A DNA stretch of 64,000 nucleotides from Camelus dromedarius. Lineage: Eukaryota. The position numbers were made by a program, and so were the translations under genes. This document shows, in pieces, positions 22,651-35,869 of the stretch (its first letter is position 1; each line of letters begins with the position of its first letter). Below the pieces are notes generated by a model that was not told where the DNA came from, searched no databases, and worked only from the letters and a program-made list of their open reading frames with translations. The stretch spans positions 8,806,001 through 8,870,000 of the forward strand of contig NC_087438.1 in assembly GCF_036321535.1 (NCBI RefSeq), in the 5' to 3' direction.

Positions 22651-25600
22651 GTGTCAAAGCCTCCGTGATTCAGTGTTTTCATCCCTCTTTCAAGACGGAG
22701 TTGAGGTATCTGAGGTGGATCACCTGATGGACTGCTGATGAAAGGGAACGTGGCCCCAGTCCCATGGCAGGTGCTCAGGCTGCCCTCCAGGTCGCCCCAG
22801 GTCATGGACTCAGGTAGCTGTTCAGGTGTGTTCTCTGAGAGCTGGGTCCACCGTGGGTTCTTTTCCTTGCGGCTGGGTCCTTCTTCCTTGCTGACCTGGC
22901 GCCTCTCCCTGTTACTGGCACTGAAGACTCTCATGAATACACAGCGAGCATGGGAACTCGCCCATTAGCGCCTTCTGTATCCTATGCAAGAAACAGCATC
23001 CGTTCCCTGGCATGAGAGGGTTCCGATGTGCTGAATCAGGTCCTCTTGCTGCCTAGCCCCGACACCACGTCACCTTTCCCTGGGATGCAGTGAGCTTGTG
23101 TGCAGAGAGAAAGAGCAGGGACAATTGTGCTGTCAGCTGCCCCAAGATGTCGTTTATTTTCATCCCAAAGAGGAAAGTCAGAACACATGATGGTCCACCT
23201 CCCTTCTCTTTTCTCTTCTCTTCCCCTGTCCTCTAGGAAACAAAGAAAATTCAGCTGTTTCTCATTCCTCGATGCCTGGAAATTCCCCTAAATCATATGT
23301 TCTTTCTTCCACAACTGGTAACCTTCATCCCTTTTTCATGGGGGCCATAAAGCTGGAATATCTCTTGGAGAACTTAGATCACTCAGAGAATGAAAATATA
23401 CATCTGTGAAAAACAGTTTAATTCTTTCCATGGCACCCAATCACACCAATGCATCTTCATTACCATGCCTTCACCAGTCGACAGATTTTAGATGTTAAGG
23501 GAGATGGTTTATAGCTACTGTCACTGCTCCCCCAATTTAAGTACAAATTATGGAACTGGGCAACCCTCTTAACTCCCTAAAGGAGTGAATGTTTAAAGGA
23601 GTTGAGTGAATTGTAGAGGGAAGATGCACTTAAGCAGCAAGGTCTGTGGTTTAGACTGAAGCAAAGACAAATGGTTTGCATCATGGGGTATTAAGAGAGA
23701 GGTTAAATTGATTTAACACAACATTTTGATGTTTGAAAATGACTGTATTTAACCGAGCACCCCACTGGGCTTTGACTGAAGGGCCCAGTAAGAACTGCTG
23801 TTTCCAAGCAGGAAATACAAATTTAGAAGCTATTTTGTATGTTTGTGAGACTTCAAAGCATGTGATGAATTGCAGAAGTTTGACGTGTTTTTAGATTTTC
23901 CTTTTCTGTACATTATTGTCAATAGAGTATCATAGAATCTACCGTGATGAGTTAAATCTTGGCTTATGTTTTACTTCTATTAAATTAGGTCTCACATTCA
24001 AACACTGGGATTTAGGATGTCTTTCTAAATAATTTCTGGGCTGTGCTTTCACGTGGCTTTTTATGTGACCAAGGTCCACATTCGTTACAAGTGCCCGCCT
24101 TCTCACTTCAGTCTCTATTCATACCTCTTTTGACTTCAGCCTCTTTCTTCATTTTTAGCAAAAGTAGTTCCTTCTTAGAATTACAACTAACACTACATTG
24201 TTTTCTCATATGCGTAAGAATATTTCGATAAGAATCAAGCAAACAGAAAGGGTGAAATTAGAAGACAGGTACTGAATTTATTTAATTCTGCAGTTGTTAG
24301 CCACAGTTGCTTTCCATGGCTCCTTAAAGCTTCCATCCTGTCAGACAACAGTCTCAAAAAAATCTTAGTTCCTGAGGCAATTTCAAAGAAGATTCAGTGA
24401 TTATTGTCCCTGCCGCCCCAAATAAAACAAAAAGAGGAGGATTTCAGACCAGTTTACTGTGTCTGAGTGTAGATTCCCCCTGCCATGGGTTTGTTCCTTT
24501 ACCGCCTCTCATGTCTACCTCGCTGCCAAGCATTCCAAGTTCCCTCTTGATCTTTTTCTGGTTTGCTGATGTGGTCAAATGGATATAGTTTTAGTTTAGT
24601 CCCTGCTCTGAAAATGATGACCTTCCTTTGTATGACTATACATGCACTAATGTCTACTTCAGGTAGTTTTTTTTTTTAAGATTTTATAGACAGAATGAGG
24701 CCTCATTTTTGTTTGAATGATTATAATTATGAATAAGGTTGTATTTTAAGCAGTTTGAATGTCCTTAGTCAATTATTTCTTTGACTCTTTCTTATTCATC
24801 CAACCCCAGCCATCTCCAAGGACTTCCCAAGGGTTCCACCGCCCTCCGCTCTTCACCATTAGAGGATACTTTGTTACAGGTGATAATTGCTTGGCTTCCT
24901 GCAAGGCTGAGTCCCACTGAGGTCAGAGGCTGTGGCATCTAAATCTGAATGGTTACCACTAGCAACTGGGGTCTTAGTGCGTGCTGACAAAATGAGCAAT
25001 GAATAACACCATTGAGAACCTCTCCCTTCAGTGTGTGGGTGATTTTTTTTCTTCTTCTTAATATTGGACATATAAATACACTACCTTGTTCAATTTCAGG
25101 CAGAAAGCTGGTATCTTTAATTGCAATTTATAGCATTACAATATAAACAGATAAATAGAGAATAAATATTTGGAACACAATAAATATCCTAGATGGGTGT
25201 CAGAAAATAGAATAAATAATCCTTAAATAAGTGCTTTATGTGGTGATTTGAAATATGTACTCAAGAGGTAGAGCAATGGTCACCTCTATTATAAAGTTAT
25301 TAATTCCTTAATTAACGTGGCCAGTTGTAAAATCACTTTTCATCTTCATTGATCTTCCCTGCGTGGTTACTAATTGATATAGAATTCTTTGAGAAACAGA
25401 ATTATATAAGGTGTAATTAATACACAGTTAATACCTTTTTCAAAGATGCTTTAAATGTTGCTCCATCATTTAAGAGGAAATTAGATCTTTTCATGAGAAA
25501 ATTAGAAAACAGCATGGCAGGAGGTTTTCATTACTAATTTATTAAGTGGTAAGTTGGGAACTATTGATGAGATATGCTTTTTACAATTGGACCAGAATAT

Positions 25601-26939
25601 GATTTTTAAGTTTTAATTCATGCTGTTTCAGTTTTGAAAACAGAATTGTGATCTGTGTATTTGTTAACGATGTACAATTTTTGCCTAATGTAAAAATTTT
25701 ACAATGCACTGGAAGTTTTCCTGTTGTTTATCTTCCTGAAGTAAGTGCAGTCATTTGATAAACAACCCTCTGACTTTGATAATTATGTTCATAACACATA
25801 TGATGTCATTCTGTATATTCTTTAGCTTTTTAAATTGTCTCCCTTACTAAGCAGAAATCTTCGCTGTAAACACAAATATATCTATCCTTTCATTTCCATG
25901 GCTACTAAATATTCCATTGAATGGAAGTACTAAACTCCTAATGAGCTCCAGATCTTGGATGCTTAGCCTGTTCTTAATTTTTCACTTTTAAATTACGTTG
26001 CATCCCCTATCATTAAAGTAACTTGCCCTTAGGAAAATATTCTGAATGTGATATGGAATTGAAGTGTCTGCACTTTTCAAAATTTGATACATCCCCTGAT
26101 TACCCTCTAGACAGGTTTTACCTTTTACACATCAGCCTGAGGAGAAGGCGAGTCTCCGTTTCTCCAAGGAAAGCAACTTGAAATTCAGACCTGCAAACAT
26201 TGCACTTTTCATCCAAGCAAAAAAGCTACTAGCATGATACATGCAGACACAGTTTCCTTTTCAACAACATAACAATCCAGAATAACTAAATTTAAGTAGG
26301 GTTGGTACAAGTTGTTGCTAATTTGCATGGCGTTTTTATTAAGGTCAGTGTAAGGTGCTGTTTGGGGAGGAAGGGGTACAATTCGTAGCAAATTTCCCAT
26401 AAATTCCAGTTAACTAAATTGTCCATATTTTATGTCCTGCTTGTGTTTTCATTGCAGCCCACAAAGGCTACTTTGGTAATAATACAGCTAAACCAGTGTA
26501 TTCACATTACTAGACTGAAGTTCTCAAAAGTGAATAGTATGAGGTAGAAAAATCTCTGACTTTTTCTATTGTTAGTGCTAGTAACATATATTTTAGATGG
26601 ACAGCATCCTAAATGTATTTCTGTAGTCTTTTCTGGTAGTCTGTTTTTTCCCTTCCAATACCCCAAAGACTACATCCAGTTCCATGCTCAAAATGTATTT
26701 TCCTGTACCTTGACCCTAGAACAATAGCTAATTTGTTGATCTCAACTTGCTCCTGGGGGAAGGCAGGGCACTTTAACTCATGTCCACCAAGGAGTGTATG
26801 ACTTACACCATCCTACGTATATTTGGAGAGTCACTGTTGACAGTACGTGACTCGAATGTAACTAGGAACTGTAACAAAGTGAAGTGTGTTGAACTGAGTC
26901 ATGAAATAGACATTTCAGACAACGTGAGTAAATTATTTT

Positions 26940-27570
26940 TAATATTTTCAAATTAAATTAATTTAAATTACTTTTAAACATATATGCAATAAAACACATT
27001 CAGGATGCTAATATGACGTGTACAGCTCAGTGATTTTGTATATGTACACAGATTTAACAACTAGCCAGATTAAGATTCAGAACATGTCCAGGGTTATTTC
27101 AGAGTGCCCACCACTTTCCCACTATATACAAGACACACACACATACACACACACCCCCGAAAATAATTGCTATTTTGACATTCTGACTTTCGTTTTTTAT
27201 TAGATTTGTCTGTGCTTGAACAATTCTTTTCTGTATAAATATTCCCTGTACCTCCTGATGGATGTTTGAGTCATCCAGTTTGGGCTGATAAGGGTCCTGC
27301 TGCCATGAGTACGAGTCCTTGTGTAGAGAGAGATTCTTGCTCGTGAACAAGTCCTTGTGTAGACAGACACACTCATTGCTTTGGGGGTCAGATTTCTAGG
27401 TCATAGACTAGGAGTATGTTTCACTTTATCAGAAGCCCCGGAACGATTTCAAACTTAGTGGTGCTGTTTTACGACCCAACTAGACACGGTAGGGAGTTCT
27501 TATTGCTCTACGTACTCACCACTGTCTGACACTGTTAGTCATTTCAGCTACTTTGTTGGGTGTAGTGAAA
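26940..27570 (-). mobile_element. L1ME-like 3' region
   Basis: GTGTACAGCTCAGTGATTTT, CCAGATTAAGATTCAGAACATGTCCAG and GATGGATGTTTGAGTCATCCAGTTTGGGCT. Confidence 0.7.
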
Positions 27571-29620
27571 ATGTGCTTTTTTGCACACAACAGGATGTAA
27601 AACATATACTTTGTTACAATTGTGAAAATAAAAGATCTCTCTGAGCTCCTGAGCTATTCAATGTTCTAAATGCATAGAGTTTAAGGTTACCATTGTCACT
27701 CCTATTTTTCATCTATTCTGAGATGATTCTTCCTACACTTTAACATTCGTGTTCTGGGGATTTTCTTCCACGGCTGAGGATACTCACTGCTGTTACGAGG
27801 CAGCTGTTATTTCATGGTGGTCACTGCTGATGTGTAATAATAAACTTGGTTCTAGCTGCTCATGTCATCTCTTCAGTTGTGGTTAAACTCCATGCAGTAA
27901 GTTTAATTGCTGTTTAGAATATATTCAAAAATTTACACTGTGAGTTGGTACCAAAGAGAAGTTAATATGTGTAGAAAACAGCACAGAAATAGGGCAGTAG
28001 ATACATTTTTGAGTGATACAACTATTTATTGTAAGAAGAGTATCATCAATTGAGCAAACAATCTCTTTTTTTTGGGGGGGGGGAGCAATGTCGAATTCAT
28101 TTTGTTGGTATTTTAATTTTTGTCTGTGAATGAGAAAGATAAATGATTAAAAAACTTTAAATAATTCTGAAAGAGCACATTCGATAAGAACAAAATTAAA
28201 AATCAAAATGATTAGGAAACACTGTGTCACAGTTGTCACTTATGTTTTTCTCCTTAATGCTGCATCACGTAACGGCGCTGGGTAAAATATATGCATCTTA
28301 AATTCAATGAATTCCAGTATTGCCACCTGTGCTCCTGTTTCTGCTTTTTAGCCCTTCGTACATTTCCTCAGTCTCCTTGCCTCAGGATCAACTTGGGCTG
28401 TTGTCCCAGCAGAGAAATGTGGGCTCTCCATTTGGGACTGAGATCATCTGTCTATTTTCTAGATAGAGGTGGTTTAGCAAGTTGAGGACTGTCTGCAAAC
28501 AGCATTCATGGAATTAAAAACTGGGAGAAATGGGAAATCTAATGAAAATCATTCTTCTTTGCTGCTTTCGTGGATTCACTCTGTGATTTTCAGTAATTGT
28601 CTCAGTTACCAACCTCCCCTCTCCTCGCTAAGCTCTTCAACTACATGGTACTTGTTTTCTGCACCCGGTATTTACACAACAGCGAGGGAGCAAACTTCAT
28701 GTTTTTGGAGCTTATATTTTCCAGAGACATTTTGAAGTCAGGTTGCTTGTATTCTCCTCTTTCACAATGAGTCTCATGTACTTTCTAGTGTGAGTGAGTC
28801 TGCACGTCCCTTGAGTCTGCACAGCTGACAACAAGACCCCTGGACCCTCGGTTTTTCCTAGTGTTTGCCTGCATCCAGACCCAGTGTGGTCATCATGTTG
28901 CCTATTATGAATACCTCCCCATTTTTTTTTTGCTCGAAAGTAATTCATAAAAATCGTTTTGACTTGCTGAACTCTATACAAAGCTACTGAGAACGCTTTT
29001 CCAATTTTAGCATTTGATTGTTCCCTTGAAGAAACTGACATATCAGTCTGGAAACCATGCTTTGTGGATTTTGTAAGAGGCCAAAGATATTTTTCATTTT
29101 CAAAAAAACCAGTTAGCATATAATGGGCCTCACTATTCTTCTTGGGTGAATATTTTATAATAAGATAGGTTTTGGTCTTTAATAACTGTGCATTGAGGGA
29201 TCTATACACAATATGCAGGGTTGGGATGGGGAGAGGAAGGAGACAGGAGAGAAGAGGAAAGATGGTCTCTCTTTGTCAGTCTTCTCTTCCTGGGCAGCCT
29301 CATCTAAATGGGATCTTTTATACTAAGATGTCCAATTTTTGGATACTCCATATAATTGTGATATTACATATTAATTTGAATCATAATAAATCACTATTTA
29401 TGTAAGTCAAGAATGGTCACAAGTGACAATTTCACATGGTTCAGCATAATACATAGGAATAACAGTTAAATTCCACCAAAAAGTACCATAAAGAAATAAT
29501 ATATACTAATGGAGAACCAGAAATTGATACTATTTGATGCTCATGTTGCTATATCATTATCAGGTTTTATATTCATAATATAAAATGGCATATATATAAA
29601 CAATTTATTAGTAATTAGGT

Positions 29621-29670
29621 TAATACCGCTAAAGGAAAACTTTAAAGTAATACCGCTAAAGTAAAACTTA
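29621..29670. repeat. Tandem duplication with 27-bp period
   Basis: TAATACCGCTAAAGGAAAACTT at 29621 and TAATACCGCTAAAGTAAAACTT at 29648. Confidence 0.9.
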
Positions 29671-29689
29671 CTTATATGACCAAATAGTT

Positions 29690-29830
29690 CCTGCCAGGGT
29701 TGAGTATTTGTAACTTTGGAAAAGTCACTTGACTCTCCATGGCTCATTTTTCTTTTGAGTAAAATAAGGATGATAAAACCCTACTTTCCTCATAGGGCTG
29801 TTGAGAGAGGATGATGGGGTCACAAAAGGA
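29690..29830 (+). mobile_element. MIR
   Basis: AAGTCACTTGACTCTCCATGGCTCATTTTTCTT...AAAATAAGGATGATAA...TCATAGGGCTGTTGAGAGAGGAT. Confidence 0.7.
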
Positions 29831-30584
29831 AATAAATCTAAAAAATATTACATAATTTACTGGATTATTATAAGTATATTCTCATTTACATTTTATTTAA
29901 AGATGTTAGATACATTTACCTTTTTTTTTTCCTTCCTTTGCTACCTAGGAAATTGTTGGATGCTGGTGGAGAGGGCACACAGTCCCCTTAACTTCCCTCT
30001 GTTTCCACGTACAGCCTAGACATTCCGGGGCGGGGGAGAAGACATTTCTCTAAGAAATAAGTAAGCCCCTTCCAAATAGCTATTTCCAGCCTGATTTTCT
30101 CTGAAAATTGCCAACAAGAGAAATATATTTGAGTAATGAGCCCATCATCAGGGGAGGAGTGAGCAGATTTCAAAGCAAAGAGCGGCAGGCAAGGTGAGGA
30201 TGGAGATCACCAACATGTGTGCCAATCTGAAGCACCAACTCCACCAGCTTTGTGGAAATTGAAGCAAGGAAAAGGTTTATCACTCCAACAGGAGAACTTA
30301 AGCAGATACCAGACTTGTCCAAACCTGCGCTGGATTCACAGAGCTAAATGCCTCCACCAACCTGGTACAACTGCACAGGAGAGTTGGTCTAGATGGAAAT
30401 ATCGGAGTGTGGAGAAGTCACTCTTCTAATGAGGTCATCGGATAAGAGCAATGAGGTGTGTGAGGTGAAATACACTCAAAATGGGAGGCAGATGGCTGTG
30501 TGGAGAGTTGAAGGAGGTACTGCTGCAGAGATGACAGACTTGAGGAAGTTTCCCTTGAGCCGTCTTAATTATAATTAACAGTCA

Positions 30585-30810
30585 CCAAGATTTACTGATC
30601 ACCACGTATGTGCCAGCTTTTGCTATAAGCAGCTTCAATGTTTTATCCTCACAACCACTCTATGATCATCATGATTTTGATGCTATTAAAATTCCCCATT
30701 TATAGATGAATAATCTGAGTTTCGTTGCAATAGGTAAATTGCTTAAGAAAACATAGCCAGGAAGCACCAGAATGTGGTTCCAGTCCTGGGCTCACTGACT
30801 CCAGGACATT
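30585..30810 (-). mobile_element. MIR
   Basis: ATCCTCACAACCACTCTATGA...CCCCATTTATAGATGAATAATCTGAG. Confidence 0.7.
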
Positions 30811-33479
30811 GTTCCCTTGACCCATATGGCAGGTGGCTTCTCCTGCTTGCTTCCCCCACACCACTTCTCTCCACATCTTGTAATTTTAGCATAAAATCTT
30901 ACACTTTTCTTCCTTTAGTGTTTCCTATCCTTCCTGTAAACCCCAATGACCCGTGAATTTTGGATGCAGTTATCACCAAGGCAAGAAAGGGATGCTGGAA
31001 TGACTCCCCCGGGACCGCTACATCAGCGCCTTTGCCGAGACTTGCTGTCAGTAGTAGCGTTCACCCATGGCACTGTATTCTCTCCGATTCACGTGGCACC
31101 CAGCAGCAAGGTGATTTTAAGCTCACAGCTGGGCAAAGTTATGGGAGAAGGTATAACAGACAAAAAAGGATTGTGGGGTAAGCAGACATCTTGGAAATGT
31201 TCCTGAAATGAGCTGCCCCCCTACTCTGTTTTCCGTACCCATAAAAGACATGTAACTTTACATGGCTTGAACGTTTCCTAAGGAAAAAACATTTCGAGAA
31301 ATACAAAATGGCAAACTACCCAAAATAAAATCAGATACATATTATGGATTTTTACTTCCTCATTTTGGATTACCTAATTAGTTTACCCACTGAACTGACA
31401 TAAACTATAGATCGAGTGATTAGAAACAATTTCTTTTTCAATCTTTAATAATGATCAGCACCCCTCTAAATTATAGCAGAATAATTGCATTTACTATTAA
31501 ATTTCACATCTTGTAACTCATACTCCTTTTGTCCACCAGATTAGCAAGAGCTTGTCTTGGCTTCCTTCTGCACGTGAGGCTTACTCAGGATAGCCAAAGC
31601 TCCCGCCTTACACTTGACAATTCACGAAAGGGCATTTCGAGATTGAGATCCTGTGTGTGAAAGTGTTTCGACTTGTTCTGGAAGAAGGATGAATTTCTTG
31701 GCTGCGATCTCTGTTCTCAGGAACTAGCACTTTTCTTGGCTGTTGAAAGTATCTAACTGATTTGTGTCACTAAGTGAGAGTCATCCGAAGCCCTAACAAA
31801 GATCACAGTATGTGGTATGCTTGATTGGAGATATTACTTCTCACCCCCTGGGGACAATTCCATAACAGATACCTTGCTCCTATGACATTTTGGGCAGCCC
31901 CCTGATACCACTGAGGCCACAGAATTTCATTTTACTTTCAGTATAGTTTTTAGCTGGGAGGGTTTTGATTTTTAATCTACAGGGCCCTCAGGAGTGTCAC
32001 CTGAGATTGCATTTTAGATTTTTTTTTCTCCATTGACTTTCTCAGGTACTCTGTAACTTGGATTGTATGTTCCTATTTATTGTGTAACTTTTAGGTGCTA
32101 GAAATATAATTTTATAGGCACAACTTCCTGCATCAGTTCAAGTCTATAGTTACAACTCTTATTAACCTATTCTTTCTAGTATGGTGGCCTAATTGGTGGT
32201 GGAGAGATTGGCTAGATTCTTACCTAGTTAAATTAGTTAAACTTCCCCTCAGTTTCTCTCTAGTGCTAACTGCAGCTGTGTTGTTAAACTTCCTTAGGGT
32301 GCTCCTCTAAGACTGTTATAAAGTTAACATAATTATTAAGCCAACTTGAATATTGTATATTGATGTAGGTAAGATCCAGAGTCTTGTCTTTTCAATAGAA
32401 TAGAAATGTCAATTTTGACTCTATATCCTGGGATTAGATCCAAATTTAACATTTAAAAAAATATTCAGTGAGCAAATTCTATGCCTCAGTCACCTGTCTG
32501 GGAAAATCAGGATTCGATAATAAACACAAGAGATGAAAACCCTAGCCGTCACAGAGTTTAGTGACATAGGAATTGCCTTTTCTAGAGGTAAATGGACTGT
32601 GTTAGATGTTTGTAATATGACTTCTCTGACCATAGGCAAATACTGAACAGTAGTTTAACTAAAATTCTGGAGGCAAAGTTAAAATAATCTAGTCAGATTC
32701 TTGAAGATTATAGAAGATATCAAGGAAAGCATTACTTATCTAAGATTATCACAATGTGACAGATTTATGGCCATTCATATTTGAGAACAAGTTTATTTTT
32801 TGCTAAAAATTAATTTAAATTTTAGGTGGGATGTACATGCATTTTTAAAAGTTGCAATAAAATAGAGGAATAGAGGAGTTGCATGATAATACTTTGAAAT
32901 AATATTCAATCACTTTGCATTCTCAATAATTAATTTTAGCCCACAAAGCCTCTACAGTCATAATTAGATTAGAGTTGTAGGTTTCTCTAGGAAAATGCTG
33001 GCTGCCTAAAACCTGTACCAACACATACATGACTCTAGGCTTTCCTATTTGCAATATTGCCTGCTGAATGTTATTTAGTAAAGAAAGCTGAGTTATGCTA
33101 ACTGGTTCATGAGGATTCAAGAAAATTGTGTCTAGGTTTAAGAACTGCTAACTGTGAGCCTTAATGAACCCACTGGTTGCTGCATTATGAGGCTGAACCA
33201 ACTTTTGTGATCAAGAATTCTCCCTCTGGTGGTTAAGGGGGAGGTGAGGTCTACATTTTCCACCTAATATTTTTCATGAGCTTCTGATGAAACTACTGTT
33301 TGAGTCTGTGCTCTTTTTTCTGCTCTGCCTCTTTTTCAGTTAAATAAAATGATACCTGAAACATACCGTGTCACACAAACTTTTTCAATTATTTTTAAAC
33401 CAAGGACCAATGAATAATGTCAGTTGTCCCGTAGCTTGAAAATAACACTCCCCTCCACCTTCACCTTATCTATATACAG

Positions 33480-33985
33480 CCAGTTTATTGGATATATATT
33501 GCAAGAAAAATGGAAAATAGCAAATGACATCTACAAGAAGAAAACAGGATATGAGAATTAAAACATATCTGATCATAAAACGTCTCCACCAATATCAACC
33601 ACAAAGATGAAAAAAAACTTTAACATACCCTCTGAACCAGAACTAAATATCCTTAATTAAGAAATTACAGACATGATACAACTTCTTATTCAGAAATGTT
33701 TAGAAAACTCAGAAAATAAATTAGCAGAATGAAAACAAACAAAAAATTAGGATGACATTAAATGAGAATTAAACAAAGAAAATAATTGAAGAAAATTTTT
33801 TTAATAATTGGAGATAAATTTGAAGAAATAGAAAAAATATTATTTTGGACTAAAGTACAGTCAGAGGGAAATTAGATATGACCAAAAGCATAATAAAGAC
33901 ATTGGAAAAAATAATGAAGAAAATAAAAATTTTTATAGATTTAAAATAGATCAGAAAAGGAATGATCTATCTAGAAGATACAATA
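33480..33985 (+). mobile_element. Degraded L1/HAL1 ORF1-region fragment
   Basis: Extremely A-rich + strand resembling L1 ORF1 coiled-coil DNA; no intact ORF. Confidence 0.45.
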
Positions 33986-34100
33986 ATAGGGTACACTTTT
34001 CCCTTCTTTCTGGGAAAAAAAAAAAGGTTCTGGGTTGCTCCAAAGTGTGAGGTATACTGCCCAGGGGGTACTTGAAATGATGTTCATTGCAGTGGACACT

Positions 34101-34637
34101 TATGGTAGTTAGATAAGGGTGGGGTGCTGGCTTGGAGTTTGTAAGTCTGTGACCTGTAACTTCCTTCTAACCAAAAGAATACAGCAAAGGGAACAAGATA
34201 TACATGATTACATGGATATCATTTCATTATATAAGAATAATGCCCGTCTTGCTGAGGGACTCTCTGGCTTGCTGGTTTTGATGATGCAAGTGGCCATGCT
34301 GGGGAGCCTACACTGTAGACAACCGAGGTTGATCTCCAGAGGTTGAAAGTGGCTGTCAGCCAACAGTTTGCTAGAAAAGGAGGTCCTCTATTGTAAGGTG
34401 CAAGACACTGAATTCTGCCAACAGCTTGAGCGATCACTGAAGAGAATTCTTCTCCAGCTGAGCATTGAGATGCAATGCTAGGTCCAGCTGACACATTAAC
34501 TGTAGTTTCATATGTACTCATTGAAGGCATGCCTGGACTTCAGTCCCATAGAAACTGTGAGAAAATAATTTTACATGGTTTTAAGCCCATAAGTTTACAT
34601 TTGGTATTTCGGTATGCGGCAACAGATAAATAACGCA
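34101..34637 (+). mobile_element. MLT1E/F-like MaLR solo LTR
   Basis: CTTCTAACCAAAAGAATACAGCAAAGG; CTGAATTCTGCCAACAGC; end CCATAGAAACTGTGAGAAAATAA...GCAACAGATAAATAAC. Confidence 0.8.
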
Positions 34638-34639
34638 GC

Positions 34640-35700
34640 ATCTGTGCACTATGAATAAACAATTTGATCCAGTAATTTGTATTTAAGGAATTTATATTCC
34701 AGTTTTACTGCAGATACGTCCAAAGATATATGTAGAAAAATAATCCATTATAGCAAGTTTTTGTAATAGCAGCAGAATGGAAAACACTCTTCGTGCCCAT
34801 CAATAGATGTCTAATCAAACAGTGACAAATCATGGTATAACTATTAAGGAACATTTTAGACAATGGAGACAATATGTATATGAAAAAAAACTCTCTAAGA
34901 TGATTCTTCAGTGGAAAAACAGGGTGCAGAATATTGTGTGTAAGTATGCTAGCATCTGTAAATTAGCAAAAGAATACACAGAACTACACTTGTGTTACTG
35001 AGTCCAAACTCATTCTGCTCGCTGCATGACAGGCCAGTTAATCGGGAGACGAGGTGTCGGGGCAAGGAATAATGACTTTATTCGGAAAGCCAGTAGAATG
35101 AAAAGATGGGAGACTAATGTCCTGAAGAACAAATTTACCCAAGTCAAAATTCAGGCTCTTTTTATACTAAAAGGGGAGGGAGTGTGGTTAGTTGTTACAA
35201 ACTTCTTGGTGTTGAAATCCCTTGTTCTTTCAGCTGTCCATGGAGGTCAGGTCATGATGTTTCTGCAAACCTCCAACAAGACAAATGTTATTCTCTGTTC
35301 TGCAACTTGTTATCTCTAAATGAATGGAACATTTTTATACCCTTAAATGTCAGAGCCTTGAGAACGGGCTTTCCTGTATATTTCAGGCTATAGGCAACAT
35401 TCTTTTACAAAAGGTGTGGAACCAAGATGACTAAGCACAGGAAACAGAGCAAGGGGTTAGAACCAAAGGAACAGATCTAATGAGGAGTCGGATTTGTTCT
35501 TCCCCATTATAATTGTATATGTGTAGATTATCTCTGGAAAAATATATGAAGTTGGTAAAATTGGGTGCCTTCTGAAATGGCATGAGGACTGAAGGAGAGG
35601 GTTGAGAAATGATTTTAGTATCTATTTGATTTTATATCTTCTGGATTTTTAATTATGTGTATGTATTTCACGCTCAAATAAATTATTGTTTTTAAGTGCT
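34640..35700 (+). mobile_element. L1ME-like 3' UTR split by an ERV1-type LTR
   Basis: TTTGATCCAGTAATT..AGGAATTTAT, GTGCCCATCAATAGATG; resumes after the LTR with TCTGGAAAAATATATGAAG. Confidence 0.65.
34993..35511 (-). mobile_element. ERV1-type solo LTR (laurasiatherian family)
   Basis: Begins TGTTACTGAGTCCAAACTCATTCTGCTCGCTGCATGACAGGCC; AATAAA on the minus strand near 35078; near-matching 4-bp flanks CTTG/ATTG; interrupts an L1. Confidence 0.75.
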
Positions 35701-35869
35701 ATAAACTGGAAGCAGATTTTTAGAAATAATGAAGTTATCTTACTAAACTTCTTCAGGAAACTATAGTGAAATGTTTCCCAGAATGTATGATTACAGGGTT
35801 AGCAAATTCTCTGATGCTTAAGGCATATTTGAAAGAGTTTTGATGTTGTTTTCTTCACTTCTTATGTTC

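Noticed and set aside
28712..29209. Longest ORF (165 aa, minus strand)
   Set aside because: No recognisable domain, starts at a non-ATG codon, and has no supporting splice structure; consistent with chance
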